Assembly (NCBI GenBank): GCA_964016885.1
Contig: OZ024743.1
Coordinates: 141,298,001 to 141,362,000 of the forward strand
Reading direction: 5' to 3'
From: Eledone cirrhosa
Lineage: Eukaryota
DNA: 64,000 nucleotides
Shown: positions 38,761 through 51,039 of the stretch, in pieces
Layout: every line of letters starts with the position of its first letter
Numbering within the stretch: the stretch's first letter is position 1
Made by a program: the position numbers and the translations under genes
The notes under the pieces: generated by a model
Database searches by the model: none
Told to the model about the DNA's origin: nothing
Seen by the model: only the letters and a program-made list of their open reading frames with translations

Positions 38761-40439
38761 GTGCTTGGTGCTTGGTGCTTGGTTATTAGTGTTTGGTGCT
38801 TGTGCTTTGTGTTTGGTGTTTGCTGTATGGTGTTTGCTGTTTCGTGTTTGGTGTTTGCTGTTTGGTGTTTAATGCTTGGTGCTTGGTGCTTGGTGTTTGG
38901 TGCTTGGTGCTTGGTGCTTGGTGTTTGGCGTTTGCTCTTTGCTGTTTGGTGTTTGGTGCTTGCTGTTTGGTGTTTGGTGTTTGGTGTTTGGTGTTTGGTG
39001 CTTGCTATTTGGTGCTTGGTGCTTGGTGTTTGGTGTTTGGTGCTTGGTGTGTGGTGTTAAGTGTTTGGTGCTTGGTGCTTGGTGTTTGGTGCTTCGTGCT
39101 TGGTGCTTGGTGTTTGGTGCATGGTGCTTGGTGTTTGGCGCTTGGTGCCTGGTGCTTTGTGTTTGGTGCTAGGTGCTTGGTGCTTGGTGTTTGGTGCTTG
39201 GTGCTTGGTGCTTGGTTATTAGTGTTTGGTGCTTGGTGCTTTGGGTTTGGTGTTTGGTGCTTGGTGCTTGGTGTTTGGTGTTTGCTGTATGGTGTTTGCT
39301 GTTTCGTGTTTGGTGTTTGCTGTTTGGTGTTTAATGCTTGGTGCTTGGTGCTTGGTGTTTGGTGCTTGGTGCTTGGTGCTTGGTGTTTGGCGTTTGCTCT
39401 TTGCTGTTTGGTGTTTGGTGCTTGCTGTTTGGTGTTTGGTGTTTGGTTTTTGGTGTTTGGTGCTTGCTGTTTGGTGCTTGGTGCTTGGTGTTTGGTCTTT
39501 GGTGTTTGGTGCTTGGTGCTTGGTGTTTGGTGCTTGGTGCTTGGTGCTGGGTGTTTGGTGCTTGGTGCTTGGTGTTTGGTGCTTGGTGCTTGATGCTTGG
39601 TGCTTGGTGTTTGGTCCTTGGTGCTTGGTGCTTGGTCTTTGGTACTTGGGGTTTGGTGTTTGGTGCTTGGTGCTTGGTGTTTGGTGCTTGGTGCTTGGTG
39701 CTTGGTGTTTGGTGTTTGGTGCTTGCTGCATGGTGCTTGGTGTTTGGTGCTTGGTGCTTGGTGATTAGTGTTTGGTGCATGGTGCTTGGTGTTTGTTGTT
39801 TGGTGCTTGGTGCTTGGTGTTTGGTGCTTGGTGCTTGCTGTTTGGTGTTTAGTGTTTGGTGCTTGGTGCTTGGTGTTTGGTGTTTGGTGTTTGGTGTTTG
39901 GTGCTTGGTGCTTGGTGTTTGGAGCTTGGTGTTTGGTGCTTGGTGTATGTACTTGGTGCTTGGTGCTTGGTGTTTGGTGCTTGGTTCTTGGTGTTTGGTG
40001 CTTCGTGCTTGGTGCTTGGTGTTTGGTGCTTGGTGCTTGGTGTTTGGTACTTGGTGCTTGGTGTTTGGTGTTTGGTGTTTGGGGTTTGGTGCTTGGTGCT
40101 TGGTGCTTGGTGTTAAGTGTTTGGTGCTTGGTGCTTGGTGTTTGGTGCTTCGTGCTTGGTGCTTGGTGTTTGGTGCATGGTGCTTGATGTTTGGGGCTTG
40201 GTGCCTGGTGCTTGGTGTTTGGTGCTTGGTGCTTGGTGCTTGGTGTTTGGTGTTTGGTGCTTGGTGCTTGGTGTTTGGTGCTTGGTGCTTGGTGCTTGGT
40301 GTTCGGTGCTTGGTGCTAGGTGCTTGGTACTTGGTGTTAGGTTTTTGGTGCTTGGGGCTTGGTGTTTGATGATTGGTCCTTGGTGCTTGGAGTTTGGTGT
40401 TTGGTGCTTGGTGCTTGGTGCTTGGTGTTTCGTGTTTGG

Positions 40440-43400
40440 TGCTTGTGGCTTGCTGCTTGGTGTTTGGTGCTTGGTGATTGGTGCTTGGTGTTTGGTGCTT
40501 GGTGGTTGGTGCTTGGTGTTTGGTGTTTGGTGCTAGGTGCTTGGTGCTTGGTGTTTGGTGCTTGGTGCTTGGTGTTTGGTGTTTGATGCTTGGTGCTTGG
40601 GGCTTGGTGTTTGGTGCTTGCTGCTTGGTGTTTGGTGCTTGCTGCTTGGTGTTTGTTGTTTGGTTGTTTGGTGCTTGGTGTTTGGTGCTTGGTGCTTGGT
40701 GCTGGGTGGTTGATGTTTGGTGCTTGGTGCTTGGTATTTGGTGCTTGGTGCTTGGTGCTTATTGTTTGGTGCTTGGTGCTTGGTGCTTGGTGCTTGGTCT
40801 TTGGTGCTTGGTGTTTGGTGTTTGGTGTTTGGTGTTTGTGCTTGGTGCTTGGTGCTTGGTGTTTGGTGCTAGGTGCTTAACGCTTGGTGTTTGGTGCTTG
40901 GTGCTTGGTGCTTGGTGATTAGTGTTTGGTGATTGGTGCTTGGGGTTTGGTGTTTTGTGTTTGCTGTTTGGTGTATACGGTTTGGTGTCTGCTTTTTGGT
41001 GTTTGGTGTTTGCTGTATGGTGTTTGCTGTTTTGTGTTTCGTGTTTGCTGTTTGGTGTTTGGTGCTTGGTGCTTGGTGCTTGGTGTTTGGTGCTTGGTGC
41101 TTGGTGCTTGGTGTTTGGCGTTTGCTGTTTGCTGTTTGGTGTTTGGTGTTTGCTGTTTGGTGTTTGCTGTTTGGTGTTTGGTGCTTGGTGCTTGGTGGCT
41201 GGTGTTCGGCGCTTGGTGTTTGGATTTTGGTCCTTGATGCTTGGTGCTTGGTGTTTGGTGTTTGGTATTTGGTGCTTGGTGCTTGGTGCTTGGTGTTTGG
41301 TGGTTGGTGCTTGGTGCTTGGTGTTTAATGCTGCGTGCTTGGTGTTTGGTGTTTGGTGCTTGGTGCTTGGTGTTTGGTGATTGGAGCTTGGTGCCTGGTG
41401 CTTGTTGTTTGGTGCCTGGTGCTTGTTGTTTGGTGTTTGGTGCTTGGTGCTTGGTGTTTGGTGCTTGGTGCTTGGTGCTTGATGTTTGGTGCTTGGTGCT
41501 TGGTGTTTGGTGCTTGGTGCTTGGTGCTTGGTGCTTGGTGTTAGGTGTTTGGTGCTTGGTGCTTGGTGTTTGATGTTTGGTCCTTGGTGCTTGGTGTTTG
41601 GTGTTTGGTGCTTGGTGCTTGGTGTTTGGTGTTTTGTGTTTGGAGTTTGGTGCTTGGTGTTTGGTGCTTCGGGCTTGGTGCTTGGTGTTTGGTGCTTGGT
41701 GCTTGGTGTTTGGTGCTTGGTGCCTGGTGCTTGGTGTTTGGTGCTTGGTGCTTGGTGTTTGGTGATTGGTGCTTGGTGTTTGGTGCTTGGTGCTTGGTGC
41801 CTGGTGCTTGGTGTTAGGTGTTTGGTGCTTGGTGCTTGGTGTTTGATGTTTGTTCCTTGGTGCTTGGTGTTTGGTGTTTGGTGCTTGGTGTTTGGTGTTT
41901 GGTGTTTGGTGCTTGGTGCTTGGTGTTTGGTGCTTGCTGCCTGCTGCATGGGTTTTGGTGCTTGGTGATTGGTGCTTGGTGTTTTGCGCTTGGTGCTTGG
42001 TGTTTGGTGTTTGGTGTTTGGTGCTTGGTGCTTGGTGCTTGGTGCTTGGTTTTTGGTGCTGCGTGCTTGGTGTTTGGTGTCTGGAGTTTGGTGCTTGGTG
42101 CTTGGTGCCTGGTGTTTCGTGCTTGGTGCTTGGTGCTTGGTGTTTGGTGTTTGGTGCTTGGTGTTTGGTGCTTGGTGCCTGGTGCTTGGTGTTTGGTGCT
42201 TGGAGCTTGGTGTTTGGTGATTGGTGCTTGGTGTTTGGTGATTGGTGCTTGATGCTTGGTTCTTGGCGTTAGGTGTTTGGTGCTTGGTGCTTGGTGTTTG
42301 ATGTTTGGTCCTTGGTGCTTGGTGTTTGGTGTTTGGTGCTTGGTGCTTGTTGTTTGGTGTTTGGTGCTTGCTGCTTGCTGTTTGGTGTTTGGTGCTTGGT
42401 GTTTTGTGCTTGATGCTTGGTGTTTGTTGTTTGGTGCTAGGGGCTTAGTGTTGGTGCTTGGTGTTTGGTGCTTGGTGCTTGCTGTTTGGTGTTTGGTGCT
42501 TGGTGCGTGGGACTTAGTGTTTGGTGTTTGGTGCTTGGTGTTTGGTGCTTGGTGTTTGGGGCTTGGTGTTCGGTGCTTGGTGCCTGGTGCTTGGGGCTTG
42601 GTGTTTGGTGTTTGGTGCTTGGTGCTTGGTGTTTGATGTTGGGTCCTTGGTGCTTGGTGCTTGGTGTTTGGTGCTTGGTGTTTGGTGCTTGTTGCTTGAT
42701 GTTTGGTGTTTGGTTCTTGGTGCTTGGTGTTTGGTGTTTGGTGTTTGGTGCTTGGTGCTTGGTGCTTGGTGTTTGGTGCTTGGTGCATGGTGCTTGGTGC
42801 TGCGTGCTTGGTGTTTGGTGTTTGGTGCTTGGTGCCTGGTGCTTGTTGTTTGGTGTTTGGTGCTTAATGCTTGGTGTTTGGTGTTTGGTGCTTGGTGCTT
42901 GGTGGCTGGTGTTTGGTGCTTGGTGTTTGGAGTTTGCTGCTTGGTGCTTGGTGCCTGGTGTTTCGTGCTTGGTGCTTGGTGCTTGGTGTTTCGTGTTTGG
43001 TGCTTGGTGTTTGGTGCTTGGTGCTTGGTGCTTGGTGCTTGGTGTTTGGTGCTTGGTGTTTGATGCTGCGTGCTTGGTGTTTGGTGTTTGGTGCTTGGTG
43101 CTTGGTGTTTGGTGTTTGGAGCTTGGTGCCTGGTGCTTGTTGTTTGGTGTTTGGTGCTTGGTGCTTGGTGATTGGTTTTTGGTGCTTGGTGCTTGGTGCT
43201 TGGTATCTGGTGTTTGGTGCTTGATGTTTGGTGTTTGGTGCTTGCTGCTTGGCGCTTGGTGTTTGGTGTTTGGTGCTTGGTGCTTGGTGTTTGGTGCTTG
43301 GTGTTTGTTGTTTTGTGTTTGGTGTTTGGTGTTTGGTACCTGGTGCTTGGTGCTTGGTGCTTGTTGTTTGGTGCTTGGTGCTTGGTGATTAGTGTTTGGT

Positions 43401-46400
43401 GCTTGGTGCTTGCGGTTTGGTGTTTGGTGCTTGGGGTTTGGTGTTTGCTGCTTGGTGCTTGGTGTTTGGTGCTTTGTGCTTGGTGCTTGGTGTTTGGTGC
43501 TTGGTGCTTGGAGTTTGGTGCTTGGTGCTTGGTGTTTGGTGTTTGGCATTTGCTGTTTGCTGTTTGCTTTTTGGTGTTTGCTGTTTGCTGTTTGCTGTTT
43601 GGTGTTTGCTGTTTGGTGCTTGATGTTTGGTGCTTGGTGCTTGGCGTTTGGTGTTTGGTGTTTGGTGCTTGGTGCTTGGTGTTTGGTGCTTGGTGCTTGG
43701 TGCTGGGTGTTTGGTGCTTGGTGCTTGGTGTTTGGTGCTTGGTGCTTGTTGCTTGGTGTTTGGTCCTTGGTGCTTGGTGCTTGGGTTTTGGTGTTTGGTG
43801 CTTGCTGTTTGGTGCTTGCTCTTTGGTGCTTGGTGCTTGGTGATTCGTGTTTGGTGATTGGTGCTTGGGGTTTGGTGTTTGGTGCTTGGTGTTTGGTGCT
43901 TGGTGCTTGCTGTTTGGTGTTTGGTGTTTGGTTTTGGTGCTTGGTGTTTGATGTTTGGTGTTTGGTGCTTGGTGCTTGGTGTTTGGTGCTGCGTGCTTGG
44001 TGTTTGGTGTTTGGTGCTTGGTGCCTGGTGCTTGTTGTTTGGTGTTTGGTGCTTAGTGCTTGGTGTTTGGTGTTTGGTGCTTGGTGGCTGGTGCTTGGTG
44101 CTTGGTGTTTCGTGCTTGGGGCTTGGTGCTTGGTGTTTGGTGTTTCGTGCTTGGTGTTTGGTGTTTGGTACTTGGTGCTTGGTGCTTGGTGCTTGGTGTT
44201 TGGTGCTTGGTGTTTGATGCTGCGTGCTTGATGTTTGGTGTTTGGTGCTTGGTACTTGGTGCTTGGTGTTTGGTGTTTGGTGCTTGGTGCTTGGTGTTTG
44301 GTGCTTGGTGTTTGGTGTTTGGTGTTTGATGCTTGGTGTTTGCTGCTTGGTACTTGGTGCTTGGTGTTTTGTGTTTGGTGCTTGGTACTTGGTGATTAGT
44401 GTTTGGTGCTTGGTGCTTGCGGTTTGGTGTTTGGTGCTTGGGGTTTGGTGTTTGGTGCTTGGTGCTTGCTGCTTGGTGCTTGGTGTTTGGTGCTTGGTGC
44501 TTGGTGTTTGGTGTTTGGTGCTTGGGGTTTGGTGTTTGGTGCTTGGTGCTTGGAGTTTGGTGCTTGGTGCTTGGTGTTTGGAGTTTGGTGCTTGGTGCTT
44601 GGTGCCTGGTGCTTGTTGTTTGGTGTTTGGTGCTTAGTGGTTGGTGTTTGGTGTTTGGTGCTTGGTGGCTGGTGTTTGGTGCTTGGTATTTGGAGTTTGG
44701 TGTTTGGTGCTTGGTGCCTGGTGTTTCGTGCTTGGTGCTTGGTGCTTGGTGTCTGGTGTTTGGTGCTTGGTGTTTGGTGTTTGGTACTTGGTGCTTGGGG
44801 CTTGGTGCTTGGTGTTTGGTGCTTGGTGTTTGATGCTGCGTGCTTGGTGTTTGGTGTTTGGTGCTTGGTGCTTGGTGTTTGGTATTTGGAGCTTGGTACC
44901 TGGTGCTTGTTGTTTGGTGTTTTGTGCTTGGTGCTTGGTGTTTGGTGTTTGGCGTTTGGTGCTTGGTGCTTGGTATCTGGTTTTTGGTGCTTGATGTTTG
45001 GTGTTTGGTGCTTGGTGCTTGGTGCTTGGTGTTTGGTGTTTGGTGCTTGGTGCTTGGTGTTTGGTGCTTGGTGTTTGGTGTTTCGTGTTTGATGCTTGGT
45101 GTTTGCTGCTTGGTGCTTGGTGCTTGGTGTTTTGTGTTTGGTGCTTGGTGCTTGGTGCCTGCTGCTTGGTGCTTGGTGCTTGTTGTTTGGTGCTTGGTGC
45201 TTGGTGATTAGTGTTTGGTGCTTGGTGCTTGCGGTTTGGTGTTTGGTGCTTGGGGTTTGGTATTTGGTGCTTGGTGTTTGGTGCTTGGTGCTTGGTGTTT
45301 GGTGTTTGGCGTTTGCTGTTTGCTGTTTGGTGTTTGGTGTTTGCTGTTTGGTGTTTGCTGCTTGGTGTTTGGTGTTTGGTGCTTGCTGTTTGGTGCTTGG
45401 TGCTTGGTGTTTGGTGTTTGGTGTTTGATGCTTGGTGCTTGGTGTTTGGTGCTTGGTGCTTGGTGCTGGGTGTTTGGTGCTTGGTGCTTGGTGTTTGGTC
45501 CTTGGTGCTTGGTGCTTGGTGCTTGGTGCTTGCTGTTTGGTGTTTGGTGTTTGGTTCTTGGTGCTTGGTGTTTGGTGTTTGGTGCTTGGTGCTTGGTGCT
45601 TGGTGTTTGGTGCTTGGTGCTTGGTGATTAGTGTTTGGTGATTGGTGCTTGGGGTTTGGTGTTTGGTGCTTGGTGTTTGGTGCTTGGTGCTTGCTGTTTG
45701 GTGTTTGGTGTTTGGTTCTTGGTGCTTGGTGTTTCGTGTTTGGTGTTTGGTGCTTGGTGCTTGGTGCTTGGTGTTTGGTGCTTGGTGCTTGGTGCTTGGT
45801 GTTTGGTGCTGCGTGCTTGGTGTTTGGTGTTTGGTGCTTGGTGCCTGGGGCTTGTTGTTTGGTGTTTGGTGCTTAGTGCTTGGTGTTTGGTGTTTGGTGC
45901 TTGGTGCTTGGTGGCTGGTGCTTGGTGCTTGGTGTTTGGAGTTTGGTGCTTGGTGCTTGGTGCCTGGTGTTTCGTGCTTGGTGCTTGGTGCTTGGTGTTT
46001 GGTGTTTGGTGTTTGGTGTTTGGTGTTTGGTACTTGGTGCTTGGTGCTTGGTGTTTGGTGCTTGGTGTTTGGTGATTGGTGCTTGGTGCTTGGTGCTTGG
46101 TGCTTGGTGTTAGGTGTTTGGTCCTTGGTGCTTGTTGTTTGGTGTTTTGTGCTTGGTGCTTGGCGTTTGGTGTTTGGCGCTAGGGGCTTGGTGCTTGATG
46201 CTTGGTGTTTGGTGCTTGGTGCTTGCTGTTTGGTGTTTGGTGCTTGGTGCGTGGGACTTAGTGTTTGGTGTTTGGTGTTTGGTGTTTGGTGCTTGGTGTT
46301 TGGTGCTTGGTGCTTGGTGTTTGGTGTTTGGTGCTTAGTGCTTGGGGCTTGGTGTTTGGTGCTTGGTGTTTGGTGTTTGGTGCTTGGTGCTTGGTGTTTG

Positions 46401-49400
46401 GCGCTTGGTGCTTGGTGCTTGGTGTTTGGTGCTTGGTGCTTGGTGCTTGGTGCTTGGTGATTAGTGTTTGGTGCTTGGTGCTTGGTGCCTGGTGCTTGGT
46501 GTTTGGCGCTTGGTGCTTGGTGCTTGGTGTTTGGTGCTTGGTGCTTGGTGCTTGGTGCTTGGTGATTAGTGTTTGGTGCTTGGTGCTTGGTGCCTGGTGC
46601 TTGGTGTTTGGTGCTTGGTGTTTGGTGCCTGGTGCTTGGTGTTTGGTGTTTGGTGCTTGGTGCTTGGGGCTTGGTCTTTGGTGCTTAGTGTTTGGTGCTT
46701 GGTGTTTGGTGCTTGGTGCTTGGTGCTTGGTCTTTGGTGTTTGGTGTTTGGTGCTTGGTGTTTGGTGCTTGGTGCTTGGTGCTGGGTGGTTGGTGTTTGG
46801 TGTTTGGTGCTTGGTGCTTCGTGCTTATTGTTTGGTGCTTGGTGCTTGGTGCTTGGTGCTTGGTCTTTGGTGCTTGGTGTTTGGTGTTTGGTACTTGGTG
46901 CCTGGTGTTTGGCGCTTGGTGCTTGGTGCTTGGTGTTTGGTGCTTGGTGTTTGGTGCTTGGTGATTAGTGTTTGGTGCTTGGGGCTTGGTGCCTGGTGCT
47001 TGGTGCTTGGTGCTTGATGTTTGGTGCTTGGTGCTTGGTGATTAGTGTTTGGTGCTTGGTGCTTTGGGTTTGGTGTTTGGTGCTTGGGGTTTGGTGTTTG
47101 GTGCTTGGTGCTTGGTGCTTGGTGTTTTGTGTTTGGAGTTTGGTGCTTGGTGTTTGGTGCTTCGGTCTTGGTGTTTGGTGTTTGGTGCTTGGTGCCTGGG
47201 GCTTGTTGTTTGGTGTTTGGTGCTTAGTGCTTGGTGTTTGGTGTTTGGTGCTTGGTGCTTGGTGGCTGGTGCTTGGTGCTTGGTGTTTGCAGTTTGGTGC
47301 TTGGTGCTTGGTGCCTGGTGTTTCGTGCTTGGTGCTTGGTGCTTGGTGTTTGGTGTTTGGTGCTTGGTGTTTGGTGTTTGGTACTTGGTGCTTGGTGCTT
47401 GGTGTTTGGTGCTTGGTGTTTGGTGCTTGGTGCTTGGTGCTTGGTGCTTGGTGTCAGGTGTTTGGTGCTTGGTGCTTGGTGTTTGATGTTTGGTCCTTGG
47501 TGCTTGTTGTTTGGTGTTTGGTGCTTCGTGCTTGGTGTTTGGTGTTTGGTGCTTGCTGCTTGCTGCTTGGTGTTTGGTGCTTGGTGATTGGTGCTTGGTG
47601 TTTTGTGCTTGGTGCTTGGTGTTTGGTGTTTGCTGCTAGGGGCTTGGTGCTTGATGCTTGGTGTTTGGTGCTTGGTGCTTGCTGTTTGGTGTTTGGTGCT
47701 TGGTGCGTGGGACTTAGTGTTTGGTGTTTGGTGCTTGGTGTTTGGTGCTTGGTGTTTGGTGCTTGGTGCTTGGTGTTTGGTGTTTGGTGCTTGGTGCTTG
47801 GGGCTTGGTCTTTGGTGCTTAGTGTTTGGTGCTTGGTGTTTGGTGCTTGGTGCTTGGTGCTTGGTGTTTGGTGTTTGGTGTTTGGTGCTTGGTGTTTGGT
47901 GCTTGTTGCTTGGTGCTGGGTGGTTGGTGTTTGGTGTTTGGTGCTTGGTGCTTGGTGCTTATTGTTTGGTGCTTGGTGCTTGGTGCTTGGTGCTTGGTCT
48001 TTGGTGCTTGGTGTTTGGTGTTTGGTGCTTGGTGCCTGGTGTTTGGCGCTTGGTGCTTGGTGCTTGGTGTTTGGTGCTTGGTGTTTGGTGCTTGGTGATT
48101 AGTGTTTGGTGCTTGGTGCTTGGTGCCTGGTGCTTGGTGCTTGGTGCTTGATGTTTGGTGCTTGGTGATTAGTGTTTGGTGCTTGGTGCTTTGGGTTTGG
48201 TGTTTGGTGCTTGGGGTTTGGTGTTTGGTGCTTGTAGCTTGGTGTTTGGTGCTTGGTGCTTGGTGTTTGGTGCTTGGTGCTTTGTGTTTGGTGCTTGGTG
48301 TTTGGTGCTTGGTGCTTGGTGCTTGGTGCTTGGTGTTAGGTGTTTGGTGCTTGATGATTGGTGTTTGATGTTAGGTTCTTGGTGCTTGGTGTTTGGTGCT
48401 TGGTGCTTGGTGCTTGGTGTTTTGTGTTTGGATTTTGGTGCTTGGTGTTTGGTGCTTCGGTCTTGGTGTTTGGTGTTTGGTGCTTGGTGCTTGGTGTTTG
48501 GTGTTTGGTGCCTGGTGCTTGGTGTTCGGTGCTTGGTGTTTGGTGTTTGGTGATTGGTGCTTGGTGTTTGGTGCTTGGTGCTTGGTGCTTGGTGCTTGGT
48601 GTTAGGCGTTTGGTGCTTGGTGCTTGGTGTTTGATGTTTGGTCCATTGTGCTTGGTGTTTGGTATTTTGTGCTTGGTGCTTGGTGTTTGGTGTTTGGTGC
48701 TTGGTGCTTGGTGTTTGGTGTTTGGTGCTTGCTGCTTGCTGCTTGGTGTTTGGTGCTAGGGGCTTGGTGCTTGGTGTTTGGTGCTTGGTGCTTGGTGTTT
48801 GGTGTTTGGTGCTTGGTGCGTGGGACTTGGTCTTTGGTGCTTGGTGTTTGGTGCTTGGTGTTTGGTGCTTGGTGCCGGGTGCTTAGTGTTTGGTGTTTGG
48901 TGCTTGGTGTTTGGTGCTTGTTGTTTGGTGCTTGGTGTTCGGTGCTTGGTGCTTGGTGCTTGGTGCTTGGTGTTTGGTGTTTGGTGCCTGGTGCTTGGTG
49001 TTCGGTGCTTGGTGTTTGGTGTTTGGTGATTGGTGCTTGGTGTTTGGTGCTTGGTGTTTGGTGCTTGGTGATTGGTGTTTGATGTTTGGTCCTTGGTGCT
49101 TGGTGTTTGGTGTTGTGTGCTTGGTGATTGCTGCTTGGTGTTTGGTGCTTGGTGATTGGTGCTTGGTGTTTGGTGCTTGGTGGTTGGTGCTTGGTGTTTG
49201 GTGTTTGGTGCTAGGTGCTTGGTGTTTGGTGCTTGGTGCTTGGTGTTTGGTGTTTGATGCTTGGTGCTTGGGGCTTGGTGTTTGGTGCTTGCTGCTTGGT
49301 GTTTGGTGCTTGCTGCTTGGTGTTTGTTGTTTGGTGTTTGGTGCTTGGTGTTTGGTGCTTGGTGCTTGGTGCTGGGTGGTTGATGTTTGGTGCTTGGTGC

Positions 49401-50965
49401 TTGGTGTTTGGTGCTTGGTGCTTGGTGCTTAGTGTTTGGTGCTTGGTGCTTGGTGCTTGGTGCTTGGTCTTTGGTGCTTGGTGTTTGGTGTTTGGTGTTT
49501 GGTGTTTGTGCTTGGTGCTTGGTGCTTGGTGTTTGGTGCTAGGTGCTTAACGCTTGGTGTTTGGTGCTTGGTGCTTGGTGCTTGGTGATTAGTGTTTGGT
49601 GATTGGTGCTTGGGGTTTGGTGTTTTGTGTTTGCTGTTTGGTGTATGCGGTTTGGTGTCTGCTTTTTGGTGTTTGGTGTTTGCTGTATGGTGTTTGCTGT
49701 CTTGTGTTTCGTGTTTGCTGTTTGGTGTTTGGTGCTTGGTGCTTGGTGCTTGGTGTTTGGTGCTTGGTGCTTGGTGCTTGGTGTTTGGCGTTTGCTGGTT
49801 GCTGTTTGGTGTTTGGTGTTTGCTGTTTGGTGTTTGCTGTTTGGTGTTTGGTGCTTGGTGCTTGGTGGCTGGTGTTCGGCGCTTGGTGTTTGGATTTTGG
49901 TCCTTGGTGCTTGGTGCTTGGTGTTTGGTGTTTGGTATTTGGTGCTTGGTGCTTGGTGCTTGGTGTTTGGTGGTTGGTGCTTGGTGCTTGGTGTTTAATG
50001 CTGCGTGCTTGGTGTTTGGTGTTTGGTGCTTGGTGCTTGGTGTTTGGTGATTGGAGCTTGGTGCCTGGTGCTTGTTGTTTGGTGCCTGGTGCTTGTTGTT
50101 TGGTGTTTGGTGCTTGGTGCTTGGTGTTTGGTGCTTGGTGCTTGGTGCTTGATGTTTGGTGCTTGGTGCTTGGTGTTTGGTGCTTGGTGCTTGGTGCTTG
50201 GTGCTTGGTGTTAGGTGTTTGGTGCTTGGTGCTTGGTGTTTGATGTTTGGTCCTTGGTGCTTGGTGTTTGGTGTTTGGTGCTTGGTGCTTGGTGTTTGGT
50301 GTTTTGTGTTTGGAGTTTGGTGCTTGGTGTTTGGTGCTTCGGGCTTGGTGCTTGGTGTTTGGTGCTTGGTGCTTGGTGTTTGGTGCTTGGTGCCTGGTGC
50401 TTGGTGTTTGGTGCTTGGTGCTTGGTGTTTGGTGATTGGTGCTTGGTGTTTGGTGCTTGGTGCTTGGTGCCTGGTGCTTGGTGTTAGGTGTTTGGTGCTT
50501 GGTGCTTGGTGTTTGATGTTTGGTCCTTGGTGCTTGGTGTTTGGTGTTTGGTGCTTGGTGTTTGGTGTTTGGTGTTTGGTGCTTGGTGCTTGGTGTTTGG
50601 TGCTTGCTGCCTGCTGCATGGGTTTTGGTGCTTGGTGATTGGTGCTTGGTGTTTTGCGCTTGGTGCTTGGTGTTTGGTGTTTGGTGTTTGGTGCTTGGTG
50701 CTTGGTGCTTGGTGCTTGGTGTTTGGTGCTGCGTGCTTGGTGTTTGGTGTCTGGAGTTTGGTGCTTGGTGCTTGGTGCCTGGTGTTTCGTGCTTGGTGCT
50801 TGGGGCTTGGTGTTTGGTGTTTGGTGCTTGGTGTTTGGTGCTTGGTGCCTGGTGCTTGGTGTTTGGTGCTTGGAGCTTGGTGTTTGGTGATTGGTGCTTG
50901 GTGTTTGGTGATTGGTGCTTGATGCTTGGTTCTTGGCGTTAGGTGTTTGGTGCTTGGTGCTTGGT
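40440..50965. repeat. About 1.85-kb block (about 40440-42290) with a near-identical copy 8670 bp away (about 49130-50965)
   Basis: CTTAACGC at 40876 and 49546. Minus-strand ORFs 40759..41949 and 49429..50619 are both 396 aa with few differences. ORFs 41818/50488. Confidence 0.93.
42250..46480. repeat. About 4.2-kb block with a collinear copy about 14.3 kb downstream (about 56600-60860)
   Basis: ORF pairs 42521/56868 (14347), 44224/58550 (14326), 45631/59999 and 46114/60482 (14368). Confidence 0.88.
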
Positions 50966-51039
50966 GTCTGGAGTTTGGTGCTTGGTGCTTGGTGCCTGGT
51001 GTTTCGTGCTTGGTGCTTGGGGCTTGGTGTTTGGTGTTT

